A DNA stretch of 64,000 nt from Hyaloraphidium curvatum SAG 235-1 (GCA_025558095.1 JAIVFI010000013.1:1-64000), one strand, 5' to 3'; counted from the stretch's first letter, positions 12,348-25,421 are shown. Made by a program: numbers and translations. The notes: generated from the letters alone by a model not told the origin.

Positions 12348-13902
12348 TCATTCCAACGGCGTGCCTTCGCTCAGAGCTCGCGGGCTGTGCCGTATCGTCA
12401 GCCGAAGCGTATCCGATCGGCACCGGCATCGCCCACCCTTGACCCTCTTCCTGGCCGTCACCGCCGCGTCCGCCGAGCACGCCTGGTTGGCCGCAGTGCA
12501 GGTGGTCATGATTGGCGGGACGGGGAAGTCGGTCCTGGAGCACGTGCACGGCCCGCCAGAGGTGGTCCCGCAGCCGGTCGTGTAGCTGCCCCAGACGACC
12601 GAGACGGCGGCGACCATGGTGGAGGGGGCGGTGTTGAGGCAGTGGCAGTTTCCGGTGTAGACGCCGCAGACGGGGGTGCAGGCTCCTGCGGTGGGGCGGA
12701 AGCGGCGGAGATCAGGGCAAGGAAGCCGGACGCGCCGAGGTAGTGACGTACCGCCGCTGGTCACCGGGCTTGCTGCCTCGTTGCAGCCTCCACTGCATCC
12801 AACCGTTCCGGAGCGCGTGCAGGGGATGCTGCGGGTGCAGCCGGCGGGCGTGAAGCAGGTGTACGAAGCGCATCCGCCCTGCAAAGGTCGGCGGATGAAG
12901 CCGGGCGGGAGCCGGACGCAGCAGATCGCGGGCTCACCGAGACGGTGCAGTCGAAGGTCTGCGTCGGGGAATTCACTGAGGGGTGGGTACATGCGTCAGT
13001 GAGATGCCCGTGCGGCGGCGGCGGCGGCGGTGCGCACCCGAAGTCGGCGTGGCGGTGCAGCCGCCGTCGATGGAGCAACCCCTGGACCTACACGGCGGGC
13101 AGCCCAAGTCGGGCCCGTACGGCACGAGGGGGATGTTGGGGTTGGTGCACAGCGTCGTGCCCTCGCCCTGCGGGGTGGGAGAATGCGGCGGTCAACGCGG
13201 TGCTGGACGGAGGCCCAGCAGGGGCGACGTACGGCGTGGATCTGGATCGGACCCGACGTCTTGTGCACGTCGTAGACCCCGGGGACGCTGAAGCATACGG
13301 TGAAGCCGGAGGTGCCGACGCTCGAGCTAATGTCGAACTTGAGGTTGCCGTCCTTGATTTCCTGTCGGCGGGCGGGCGGCTGGAGGTCAGGTGCCGAGGG
13401 CCGGCGGGTGCGGAGGGCGGGAAACGCACGACGGTGGCTGGCCCGCTTTCGATGGTCGGGAGTGTGCTGAGCGGCCACGGGAACTGGAAGTACGATGCGG
13501 AGGCGCGAGCGAGGCCTCAGCCGCATCGCAGTCAGGCGCCCGCACCGCGCCGCAAAACCCACCGCAGGACGGAACCGTCGGGCCAGAGAACGCAAGGCAG
13601 AGGATGGTCTTGCACACGTTGTCTCCGCCGCAGGCAGGGTTGTAGGTCACTGTCCTGTCCACCGACACCGTCGTCCACCCGTCGCAGGTGCAACCGGACC
13701 CGCCGCTGCCGCCGACGCCCGAACCGGTTCCCGAGCCGGTGCCGGTGCCGGTGCCGCTGGCGACGGTCTGTGCGGCGGAGAGCGAGGCGAGCGCTGTCGA
13801 GGAGGGCGCGAACGACGGGTCAGAGGTTGTTGGCACGGCGGCCGGGTGCCACGCACCGAACAGCGCCGCGGCACCGAGAGCAAGAGCCGTGTAAAGTTTC
13901 AT
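12348..13902 (-). CDS. Secreted Cys/Thr/Gly-rich protein, paralog A (multi-exon, 3' end approximate)
   Basis: Signal peptide MKLYTALALGAAALF, GT/GS linker, CTCDGW, many Cys; colinear with 14606-16027. Confidence 0.75.
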
Positions 13903-14605
13903 GTTGACGCGCTTGTGCTCAGAAAATGAAAATCGGTCGACGGGCGCGGTGACGGGAGTGGCGACGAGTCGTTCGGGGGAATCACTCCTCATCGACTCGA
14001 ACGCCCCAAGACAGCCTGAACTGGAACGGCCTACTGCGACCATTTCCCGGTCCGAATCAATACGGAGATGATGTGGGGGTTGTGCATATCCACTCTGCGC
14101 ACGCCATCCGGCTAGGCGTGCATGGATTCGAGGCAACCGAGAAGCCACCAACGACCCAGTCACCACCCAATCCACTACCATCCCCTCCCTGAACCGCGGA
14201 CGGCTTCCGCGGCACCGCGCCTTCCCGCTGCCGGGTATCCTGCCGGCGATATGAACCTGCTTCCTGTCGTCGAACGCCTCTTGGTTCAACGGCACGCGGT
14301 GGTGACGGTGCGCGACAGAGTTTTCACGTCCGCCGGATCGGCCGCGGGGATGCCGCCATCCACAGCGTCCGCATCCCTGCGGGCTCGTTCCGGACTGCCG
14401 CTCGGCGTTTCGGAGACGGAAACACGCTGGGAAGTGCGGATCGTTTTTCGCCGCGGGAACTTCCACGGCCTGGTGGACGCTGACAGTGCGTAACGACTCA
14501 CGAGGTTCCCGCCTGCCCTGCGTCGACTCGACGCCCCAATAAAAGGGGCACCCCCCAACCCGCGCTCCCCACCCATCACTCGCTCCCGCCCGCATCATCG
14601 CCGCC

Positions 14606-16027
14606 ATGAAGCTCTCGACCGCGCTCGCCATCGGCGCCGCGGCGCTGCTCGGTGCGCGCCGCCCCGCCCGCGCGCCCCGCAGATCTGACTCCTCCTCCCC
14701 GCAGCGCTCGCCTCCCTCGCCGCCGCGCAGGTCGGCACCGGCACCGGCACAGGCTCGGGCAGCGGCTCCGGCTGCACCTGCGACGGGTGGAAGGACGTGA
14801 CGGTGACCAGCACGGTGACCTACGACCCGGCGTGTGGCGGAAACTGCAAGACGAAGATTTGCCTGACGTTCACCGGCCCGACGGTCCCGACCTGCGGTGG
14901 GTGTCGGCGCGGCCGTGCAGCCGCCGCCGGTGATTGACTCCCCGGTTCCGCTGCGCAGACATTTCGTATTTCCAGTTCAAGTGGGATTTCGCGACGCTCC
15001 CGACCATCGAAAGCGGTCCCGCCACCAGCATCGTGCGTATCCCTCCCTCCCTTTTCCACTCGGCCTCGCTGACCCGCCGCCGCCACCAGGACATCAAGGA
15101 CGGCAAGCTCAAGCTGGACATCAACTCGGGCACCTCCGGCTTCACCGTGTGCTTCAGCGTCCCCGGAATCTACGCCACGGCGCCGACGACCGGCGGGATC
15201 GAGATCCACGCGGTGCGTCGCCTCCCGGATGCAGCCGACACTCGGTGCGCTGACCGCTCCCGCCGCCCGCAGGGCCAGGGTCAGACCCTGTGCACCAACC
15301 CCTTCAACCCGCCCGTGCCCACCGGCTCCGACCTCGGCTGCCCTCCGTGCAGGTCCAGGTCGTGCTCCGTCGGGGGTGGCTGCACCGCCACGCCGGCGTC
15401 CGGTGCGTCGGCTTCTTCGCATGCGCGCCGGAACCCGCTGATGCACCGTGCTCCCCGCAGTGAGCCCCGCCACGCAGACCTTCGACTGCTCCGTCGCCGT
15501 GCGTTCCCAGCCCCTCGCCCGCCCGGCCCGCGCTGATCCGTCCGCCCACCGCAGCCCGGCTGCGCAAAGTACACCTGCAACACCCCCGCCAGCTGCACCC
15601 GCACCGTGCCCTGCGCCCGCTCCGGAACCTCGGGATGCACGGCCAGCTGCAACGAGCTCGCCACCCCGGTGACCAGCGGCGGTGCGCGTCCCCGTCCGCC
15701 GCCGGACGGTGCGATCGCTGACCCCGCACCCCCTGCGCAGGAGCCTGCACCCCGGTCTGCGGCAACGACTTTTCCGGCTGCACCTGCACCAACTCGCCCG
15801 CCGCCACCGTGACCGCCGCCGTCTCGGTGGTCTGGGGCTCCTACACCTCGGGCTGCACCTCGACCTCGGGCGGGCCGTGCACATGCGTCCGCACCGACAT
15901 CCCCGGCACGGCCATCAGCAGCACGTGCACGGCGGGGCAGACGTGCTCGGAGGATGCGGCCGTGACGATGAGGAGGAGGGTCAAGGGTGGGTTCGAGGGC
16001 GATCGGGGCCGTCTTGGGCGGGGCTGA
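14606..16027 (+). CDS. Secreted Cys/Thr/Gly-rich protein, paralog B (multi-exon)
   Basis: MKLSTALAIGAAALL, CTCDGW, YFQFKWDFATLPTIESGP, AVSVVWGSYTSGC, all shared with paralog A. Confidence 0.78.
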
Positions 16028-16308
16028 TGACCTTGCGATCCGCAGCCCGCGAGCTCTAGAGGCAAGCGGCATCCTGGCATCGGAGAGCAGGATCTTGGGC
16101 GCCTTGAGACGCGGCATTCAGCGCGTCGGGCGATGTTTTGGGTGACCGCGGGCTCCGGGTGCCCGTGATCTGCATGGCTCTTGGGGCGGGACCAGCGGTG
16201 TACACGGGTTACAATGCGACGTTATCTCGCCCATCTGCTTCCCGGCTGCCATATCGCCCGCGTGCCTATGCGATTCCTGGTCGTTCTCCTTCCCGATCCG
16301 ACGGCAAG

Positions 16309-18345
16309 ATGGGCTTCCGTTCGACGCGCTTCGGTCTGGCAAGGGATCGCACCTCCACCTACTTGCCCCCGTCCTTCCACGCCGCGATGGACGCCGCCCT
16401 GGCGCGCCGCCAGATCTGGGAAACCGTTTACCTCACCTACGCCCGCGGCATGGACCGTAACCACAACCAGCTGCAGGCAGACTCGTTCTGGGACGAAGGG
16501 GAAGGGGGAGGGAAGGCCGCGATGATGCACAGCGCGAGCTTCCACGGCACGGTGGGCCGCCTCCGATTTGCGCCGGTGGTGGGCTGATTTCGGCGGGCGA
16601 GCAGAAGAAGGAGCTGCTGGGGAAGGGCCTCGGCGGGTTCGAGAAGCTCGTGGGCACCACCAGCGCGGTGTCTCCCACGCGGCCCCTGACCCGGAACCCG
16701 CCCCCGTGCCAGTACCAGCGCATCCGCCACCCGATCCACAACCACTTTATCAGGGTCGACGTCGCGCGCGGCCGCGCCGTGGCCGAGACCTACTTCCACG
16801 ACGGGTACTGGTTCTACTCGGACGAGGCCAACACGCGGAGCAGCAGGGAGCCGGCGCCGGGGATCGGCACGCTCACGGTGCGGGAGCTTGTGGGGCGGTA
16901 TGCGGACGAGCTGGAGCTCAGGGAGGGGAGATGGAAGTTCACGTGGGTTCCTTTCTCCGTGCCGCGTCCGTGCCGTGCTGACGCCCCGCGGCGTGCAGTT
17001 CTCGCACCGTCATGTTCGACTTTTCCCGCATTGACGCCATCCCCGCCTCGCTGCTGCCCGCCGTCGAGCCCTTCGTCTCGGGCTTCAAGCAGGGCACCCG
17101 GCTCCCCAACGGCGAGGGCTCCTTCCTGCGCGACCCCTCCTTCGCCGTTCTCCCCGCCCGCCCGGCGCCGGCCAAGGACGCGGGGGAACTCCTCGAAAAG
17201 GCGCGGATCGAGCAGCTCGTCGCGGTCTGGACGAGGGAGCTGGACAGGTGGCTGATGGCGCCCGGGAAGCTCGAGGCCGAGGCGGGCGGGTACTTTGCCC
17301 CCGGTGCGGCGGTCGAGGACGGCACCACGGCGGCGGTCGCGCCGGCCGAATACGTTGCCAACCTCCGAGCGCAGGCGGGGAGGTTCAAGCTTCTCGACCG
17401 CACCTCGGTGATCAGCAACCACCTCATCCACATGACCGGCCCGGACACGGCCGTGGGCGAGGTCTACATCGACCTGCACCTCGTGGTGCCCGACCTCGCG
17501 GCGTTCAACCCCGCCGAGAGCAACAAGGGCGTCCCCGGCAGGCTGTGGTTCGCGGGCCGGTACGCGGACGAGTACGCCAAGGGAAATGACGGAAAATGGC
17601 GGTTCCTCCGGCGCACGATGATCCAGGATTGGTCGAGGATGGTGCCGCACAAGCGCGGGCTGGCGGCGTCGCAGGCGGGCAGGTTCACCCCCGGCAGCTT
17701 CTCCGACCCCGCCTCGGACCCGTCCGTCGGGTTCCTCCCCACCGCCGACATCCGCGCCCCCGAGATGGCCGACCTCCCCCGGCTCGCGGCGGTCCAGGAC
17801 GCCCTGCACACCTACACCCGCGGCATCGACCGGCGCGACCCGTCGCTGATCACCGCCGCCTACCATCCCGGCGCGTACGACGACCACGGGCCGTACAAGG
17901 GCACCGCCGAGGGGTTCGTCAAGTGGGCTGATGCCGGGTTGGAGGCCATTGAGGGGTGCCACCACGGGATCACGGGGAGCGTGGTGGTGCTCGACGGGGA
18001 GAAGAAGGCGAGGGCCGAGACGAGGGTGGTGGAGAGGGCGTGGTACGGCAAGGACGGGAACGAGAGCGTGAGGTGGTTCGTGGGGAGGTACCTGGACGTG
18101 CTCGAGGAGAGGGAGCAGGGCTGGAAGATCGCGTGGGTGCAACGCAGCGGGCCCGCGAGAAACTGCTGATCCGATCGCGGGGCAGGTCGAGGGTCGTGGT
18201 GCTGGATTGGAGCGTGATCGATCCCGTGGTCGCCAAGCCGACGGAAAAGTGGAAGGCCATGTTCGAGGTCGGGACGAGGGACGCGACGGATCTGGCGGCG
18301 CGGACGCTGGCCAAGCTGGACGAGGGCGGGCCGGCCAAGCTGTGA
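16309..18345 (+). CDS. Protein with three tandem SnoaL/NTF2-like domains and C-terminal AKL (4 introns)
   Basis: Repeated motifs YARGMDR / WTRELDR / YTRGIDRRD and GRYADE..W(K/R)F / GRYLD..WKI. The spliced end is ...DEGGPAKL*. Confidence 0.82.
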
Positions 18346-18673
18346 TCGGGCGGAAGGAACGTCGTCGACGTCGACATTTTGGAATCGGAGGTTCGTTAAA
18401 TGTTGTCTGGGAATAGGTTGCGGAGCAACCCGGGACGGACTGGACGGTTCCTGGAGCCTCGCACTCCGCAAGCCGATAAACACGCCTACCCAGCCTCCGG
18501 CGCCCGATCCTCACCGGATTCGAAACATGCGGGACCTGAAGTGGTTTTCCCGTCTACGACCGGGCCGAAAAGACCAGAGTTTCAAGAGATCCGGGAGGGG
18601 AGACACTGCCAGGCATTCGGGACGGGCGGTGCAATCCGCTCCGGCCCGCAAACCGTCCCGCGTGACCGCGCCC

Positions 18674-19414
18674 ATGTCCTACGCGGACGACGACGAGCCG
18701 CTGCCCGCCTACGCGGCGATCGCCGAGCCGGCGCCGCCGCCGCGGTACGCTGCCCCGGGCGGCGAGGGCCCGCCGGCGTACCGCGGGCCGGCCGAGCCGC
18801 TCGCGCCGCCGCGGAGGGCCACGTGGAGCGCCGGCGGGCGCGAGGGCCGCGAACTGGACTGGGAGCTGAGACGCGCGCAGAGGGAGGAGAGGGAGGGCGA
18901 GGTGGGCTGCTGCCGCCGCCGCGTGGACCGGTCTGACCTCTCGCCCACGCCGACGTGGCCCCCGGTCGACGCACTCCTCCTCCCATTATTTGTCCTTAAA
19001 TTCGTCGGATTTGGTTGTTTTTGGCTTCAGCTGAGGAACCGCCTCCTCGCCGAGTCGATCGCCGCCCTCTCCGCCCCCCGTCCGCGCCCGCCCGTGCGGC
19101 TCTCCTGCACCCCCTCCCCCGAGCAGGACGAGGCGGACGAGCAGCTCCGCCGGCTGCGCCGCGCCTCGGCAACGCTGGCCTCCGGCTCCGCACGCCGCGC
19201 GCACGCCATCGTGACGGGTCGGATCCCGCCCGGGCGCGTGGAGGCGGCGGCGGGGGAGCTGAGGCGGCACGCCGAGAGGGGGAAGGAAATGGAGAGGGCG
19301 ATCGCGAGGGGCGAGTACGAGGCGGGGGGGAAGGTGCGGGCGGAGGTTCCGCCGCCGCCGGCGCAGGACCACGGGTCGCTCCTGGGGAGGGTCAAGAGGA
19401 TGGTTCTGTGGTGA
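18674..19414 (+). CDS. Hypothetical protein with N-terminal PY motifs and helical C-terminus
   Basis: MSYADDDEPLPAY..PPPRY..PPAY; probable in-frame intron 18902-19030. Confidence 0.55.
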   Translation: MSYADDDEPLPAYAAIAEPAPPPRYAAPGGEGPPAYRGPAEPLAPPRRATWSAGGREGRELDWELRRAQREEREGEVGCCRRRVDRSDLSPTPTWPPVDALLLPLFVLKFVGFGCFWLQLRNRLLAESIAALSAPRPRPPVRLSCTPSPEQDEADEQLRRLRRASATLASGSARRAHAIVTGRIPPGRVEAAAGELRRHAERGKEMERAIARGEYEAGGKVRAEVPPPPAQDHGSLLGRVKRMVLW

Positions 19415-20524
19415 GGGAGCCAGAGCACGACTCGGGGACACGTGGGACACTCATGGGGGCACGGAAGGGGGGCGAGAGCTGATGCCGGGGGGACTAAACC
19501 AAGGACAACTGCGGAACGCGACGGCAGGATTCGTCACGCCGCCATTACATACGGGCAGCTTCCAGCTGCCCGCTCGGGGCCGCCTGCGGAGGGGTCGGTG
19601 GTCCCCCATTGCGCATCTTGACTTTTGCGCGCTCGAGAAGATGAAGATGAGATGATTGCAGCATGCTTCCTATTGTACAGGTGGCCGATAGCAGACTTCT
19701 GAACAGCTGAGGACTGGTCCGTCCCCGTTGCTGACCCGCTGGCCCGATCCGCTGGCACGGGCTTGTGTACAGTCCCGTCGTGAAATCGGGCCCGGATGCC
19801 AAGGCATGTGACGGCTGTCGGGGTCGGTCGGTCCTTCCGTTCGTGCCGCCCCGGGCGCCTGGGCGGGGGACCGCCCCGCACGAGCAACGTCCCGCCCAAT
19901 CTAATCGGACCCGGTCCTCGGCCCTGCGTCCGTCTTCCGTTCCGCTCCCCGGGGGAGTGTAGCAGATTTAGCCTATCTGCGCTGTGCGCCAAGCCAGGCC
20001 CGGATCGGTCGAGCCCGGACAGCCGTCCCCTGGGGGTCCTCTCCGCGCTCCCGACGCACGCGCCGTTTCGCAAGGATCGTGCGGATTCCCGTTCCGGGAC
20101 GCCGCGGTGGGGATTGGTGGCTGGAGCCATCGGAGCGCGGGTTCGCCACAGCGCCCGATCGCCGATTCCTTGGGGAAGGACGCAGGCGGGAATCGTCGCC
20201 GTCGACCGGGGAGGCGACCGAGCGGCACGAGGGTGGGCTAACACGATCACCGATAGTTAAACCGCCCATCTTCCGGACTTGGGAGCCGATGAAGGCGGCC
20301 GTGTCGAACGCGGCCGGGGGAGGGAGCAGCGGTCCCTAGCTGGCTGTGCTCCCAACCACTCGGGGGTGGAGTTGACGTCACAATCACCCCCCAATACCCT
20401 CACGTGCCGCCGAAGCCGACCGCGGGCGGGGCGGTGCGCACGGCGGCACGGACAGGCGCGGCGACGGCCCGCGCGCCCGCTGCCGACCGGGCGGGGGCGG
20501 CACCGCCCGTCCCCCTCCGCAGCC

Positions 20525-22050
20525 ATGCCGGCCGGCAGCGAGTCGCTGGGGCGCCCGCCGCCGCCGGCAGAGGACCCCGCGTACGCACACGGGCTGCAGC
20601 GGAGGGCGCAGTTCCGCACGGTGCGGCGGCTGGGCACCGGCACGCAGGCCACGGTGCGGCTGGCGCTGTACACCCCCACCGGCCAGGCCTTCGCGGTCAA
20701 GGCGTTCAGGAGGCCAAAGAGGCCGCTGTCGGCGTCGGCGGCGACGCTGAAGACCGCCGGGCCGGAAAGCGGCGTGACGGCGGAGCTGCTGGTCCGCCGG
20801 CGGTTGCAGCTGGCAGGACCCCACCCGTGCCAGGAGCACATCGTCAAGCTCTACGAGGTGCGTTCCCTGCCGCCCTGGGTTGTTTTGGAAGTCGTCCTAA
20901 CTCCCATTCTCAGCACTTTGTGACCGAGGAAAAGGCGTACCTGGTCTTTGAGCTGTGCGCGGGCATGGACCTCCAGCACTGCATGCAGGCCCGCGGCGGC
21001 TGCTTCCCCGAGGACGAGGCCCGCCCCATCATCGCCACCGTGCTGCGCACGCTGACGTACCTGCACGGCATCGGCATCGTCCACCGCGACGTCAAGCCGG
21101 CCAACATCCTCGTGCGCGATCCCAACAGGATCGCCGAGACACTGTGCCTCGCCGACTTTGGCGGCGCGTTCGTGGCGGATGTGGTCCCCGGCGCCCTGCG
21201 ACACCCGTCGGCGTCGTCCCTGGGATCCGTCACCCTCGCAGGCTCGGGCTCGCTGGCGGGCTCCTCGGGCACCATCTCCACCCCGACATCTCCGGTCGGC
21301 CCCGATCTCCCCTCACCCTTCCGCGCTTCCTCGGCCGCCGTCATCCAATCGCGGCCCATGCCGCCTGGCCTCCTCCTCCCACGCCGCTCATCATCCGCGC
21401 TGATGCTCGTTACCAACACCGCTCCTCTGTCTGGGATACCCACGGCACCTCCATTCCCCTTTCTCCAGCCCACCGGCACCTCATCCACCGATCTCGGTGC
21501 GCAATACTCCACCTCCCCGCCGACCACGTTCCGCAGCCCCCTCGCTCGCTCCGACTCGGAGCCGGCCCTCGGCTCCTCCCCCATCCTCCAACCGACCGCC
21601 CCGCGGGACCACCCCCTCACCATGCACACCATCACCGGCACCCCCTACTTCCTCCCCCCCGAACTGGTCATGGGCCTGCCGTACGGCCCCAAGGTCGACT
21701 GCTGGGCGCTGGGCTGCACCGCGCACGCGGTCCTCGTGGGCGAGACCCCCTTCGCGAGCGCCGCCAACCTCGCGGAGCTGTACGGCATGATCCAAGCCGG
21801 CGAGCTGCATCTCCCCGGGAGCGTGTCGGACGAGGCGCGGGGGTTCCTGTCGATGCTGCTGCAGCCCGATCCGGCGGCCAGGGCGTCGGCGGCGGCGGCG
21901 CTGGGGCATCCCTGGCTGGCCGGGGAGGGGTACGAGGTGACGATGAACGAGAAGGGGGAGCTGGTGCTCGCGGATCCGCGGATTAGGACGGACTCGGGGT
22001 TCGGGGAGGAGGAGAGCGCGTGGGCGCCGGGGTGGAGCGTGAGGGTGTGA
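20525..22050 (+). CDS. CAMK-like Ser/Thr kinase, copy 4, with long activation-segment insert
   Basis: LGTGTQATV, FAVK, HRDVKPAN, DFG, ~150-aa S/P-rich insert, GTPYFLPPE; tail RTDSGFGE. Confidence 0.88.
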
Positions 22051-22411
22051 GGGAAAGAGGGGACGGTCGGGCGTGGGGGACGTCGGGGTTGGACATGACA
22101 TCTGCAAATGAAACTTGATCCGAGGGCTCTGCGAGTCGGCGGTATGGCTTGATTCGTCTGTCGCTGGAAGCTTCAAGCATGACGATCCATCTCGTCCGAT
22201 TGTCCGGTTTCCTTCAAAGAAATCAGATGATTCGAGAAGTGTTGGCGCTGGATGCTATATTAAAGCAGGGGGGCAGGATTGACCGAAGTGCGTAGTACGC
22301 GGAAGGGGTCAAAGGGCGCACGGGCTGGAGCGATATCGTTGGATTGCTCGCTGTACCCGCTGAAAAGGGACCTCGGCCGCCGGTGCCCTGGGGCATTCCG
22401 CGCCCGTTGCG

Positions 22412-24945
22412 ATGAGCGCCGTGTCTACCAGCCCGCGATTCCCGCCGCGTTCCGGCGGCGGCGGCAGCGGCGCGGCGGGGACGCCACCGACGGCCCCTAA
22501 CCCGGGGAACGGCCCCATCCCCCGGCCCGACGGGAAACGCGCGCCAACGGAGCCGGACGACGACGACCCGCACTTGGCGCCCGGGGCATCGCGCCGCTTC
22601 CTGGAGGCCTTCTTCGCCGTCATCCCCGCCAACACGTCGGCGATGCCGCGGGCCATCATCATGGAATGCCACTCGGACCTGCCGGGGAACAAATGGGACC
22701 CGCGCTGGCGTGAACTCTATTGCAACCCGCTCTTTGTGACCTTCATGCACTGGGTCGGTGCACGCGTCATGCTCGAGGCGACGGGCGACCCGTCGGACAC
22801 GTCGTTTTCAACCTCGATGTCCCTGGGCGTCCTGGAGGCGATTTGAAAGGCTGCTGCGGGAAGAGCTGGCGAGATTCTGGACCGAAGCTTCCGACTCGCG
22901 ACTGGTGGGGTTGAAGCTCCGAACCACCCGAAATCTTGCCGTGAGCGTGGTTTCGTCGCCGGTCCTTGGAGTCAGTGACCTGATTTGCTCTCCCTTGCAG
23001 CTCATCGGGCCGCTCAGTGCCGCCATCGTGTTTGTCGATGCCCAGCAGGCACGCACCGACGGTGCCAAGGCCATTCTCCGCCAGGCCGTCTCCTTCTGGC
23101 GGCGGCTCGGGGTACCGGGCGAAGACCCCATGGAGCTCCCGCCCCGGACCGCGGACGACTTCCTCATACGCCAGCAGTGGCTCGATTGCTTTTGGATCTG
23201 CTGCGTTTCCGATATGTGGGAGACCCGCCGCGCGGGCGTACGGGGCCAGCCTTGCTGATGTCCTCCGCAGCTGGCAGGCTTTCGACGCCAAGGGAGCACC
23301 GATCATGGATGCTCCGCGAGAGTTTCCGTCGGCTCCCCTCAACGTCCCATTCAGCATGCTCGGCAACATCCCCCCTCTGTCCCAGCGGCCTGCCGACCTC
23401 GCCGTCCCTCCTGCTCTCGCGGGCGCAACCCCGCGGTACCGCTGCCGCGACTTTTTCGGGATCCTGGACCCTCACCGGGAGCCTCCGGTGACGCCGGACG
23501 TCCGCGCCATGATCCTGAACACCGCCATCGCGCGGATCGGGGAGAACGGGATATCCCAGTTCCTCATGCTGCTCACCGCGGCCCTCGCGCGCATCCTCCG
23601 GTTCACCGCGTGGCTCCGCGAGGAAGTCCGGCTCAGCATGCCGGAGCTTCTCATTGCCGAGGACCTGATGTCGAGGGGCGCCCACCCTGAACGGCGTTCC
23701 TTTGACCTGCCGAGATCGGCCCCGTTTCCCCGTTCGAGACTGGAGGAAGTGCTCCGCAATCCGCTGCTCCCGGAGGCCATGCGGCAGAGAGCTTTCCTGC
23801 TGGACCTCGCGGCTGCGATGGAGGCCGCGGTGCCGCCACCGCTGTTGGCCGCCATCAGGACGAGCGACTTTGCGGCCTTCACGGAAGCAGTGCCGCCGGA
23901 TCTCACGCGGGCACAGCAGCTGCAGTTGATCGGCTACGTGTCCCAGATCTGGCTCACATTCATGCTCCTGGAGAGCCCGGAACCGTTCGAAAGCTGGGCC
24001 GGACAAGGTCACTCCGAGGAGTTGGCGGCGGACGAGGTGCCCGAGCCGTCCTCCCCGCAGTCGCCGTCGAGCGACGACACTTCGTTCTCGTCCGCCGACG
24101 AGCTTTTGGAGCTCTGGTTCACCACAGGCTCCTTCTTCGACGCCAGCCGCCACGCGATCATCGTGAGCGGCAACCTGCGCATGATCCTCCGCAGCTTTCA
24201 GCCCCACGAGCTGGGCAACAACCTCTTCACCATCACCGCATGTTTTTCGGCGGTCTATGCTAGCTGGTTTCACCTCCTCGTGCTTCGCAGGTTCCGGAGT
24301 CTCGTCGCGCGCGCATCTCCGTCCGACCAGGCCAAAGCGCTCGCACTGCACGCCGACATCATGGAGGACGTGCAGGCGTGCCTGAACATGCTCGACGGCT
24401 CGGGCAAGGACCAGTACCAGGCCGTCAGGAGGCTGCTCCAGTCCATCCTGGACGGGGACAGCGTCCGCCTCTCGCGCTCCGACCTGCAGATGCTCCGCAC
24501 CGCGCGGCAGGCCCGATTCGGATGCCCGCACGCGGATTCGGTGGAGGGCGACGGGCAGTGCTACCTCTGCGCGATGGAGTCGGCCAAGCGGGGCGAGGCT
24601 GGGGACGGGACCGAGCAGGGCGCGTCCGACCCGCTCGCGGACATGCCAGTATACGACCCGCTGGACATGGACAGCGCGACGGACAGCGATTCGGAGACGG
24701 GCGCTCCGCGGGCGACGGCGAGGCCGGGACGCGGATCCCCGGAGCCGGCCTACACGAGGGCGACGGTGGTCAGGTTTTCGGACGACATCACGGTGCACGA
24801 GACGTACTCGAACGACGAGTACCCCGCGAGGTCGATGCTGGCGCCGGACCACCCGGACGACGTGGTGCCGGAGGAGGGCGAGGCGCCGGCAGAGGCCAAC
24901 CCGGTGCTGGGACTGATGCTGCAGCAGCGCGGGCTGAAGGGGTGA
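22412..24945 (+). pseudogene. Unknown helical protein with PP1-docking-like tail, copy 1 (frameshifted in exon 1)
   Basis: Paralog of 37480-40014 and 40308-42950. A net 14-nt deletion near 22830 gives a TGA at 22844-22846; the downstream frame is open to 24945. Confidence 0.65.
23777..24603. repeat. ~827-bp apparently identical inverted repeat, arm 1 (partner 37822-38648)
   Basis: Translations match in several frames (e.g. ORFs 24270-24500 and 37925-38155) and spot-checked nucleotides are identical; flanks diverge. Confidence 0.85.
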
Positions 24946-25421
24946 TGCGAGGTGCCATGCAGATTGTCGTGCGTTTGCTGTCCCACGGTTTCAATAGAGT
25001 GGGAAAGATGGAATGTCCTGCGCGCTTTTCGCTGGCTGCGTCCTTCTCTTTCTCGATCGCCCGGTGCGCAAGTTATTGTCCGAGGTTGCCCCGCTAGATC
25101 GCGCTCGGCATCTCCGCGGCCGCCCGCGCAGGTCACGCGACCATCTTTTCCCGCACGTCCGCACCACAAATCCCCCCAGGTAAGCACCCAGATCGCGTGC
25201 TCTGACGCTCCTTGGCTGGCGCTGCAGGCCTCGCCCGGGGCGGACGCGCAGCCGCCGCGTTCCCGGGGGCACGGAAGCACCGCCCGCCGGACCGGCTTCC
25301 CCGGATCGCGGGCCGATAAGCCCGCATTCCGTTTTTCTCCCCGCATTCGGCCCATACTCACACGTCATTCCACAGGTTCCGCCCTCCCGTGTGCTTCCCA
25401 CCCATTCCCCCGCTTCGAAAA

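Noticed and set aside
22844-22846. TGA in copy 1 as a second Sec codon
   Set aside because: It results from a frameshift relative to the paralogs; no redox motif or SECIS was seen.
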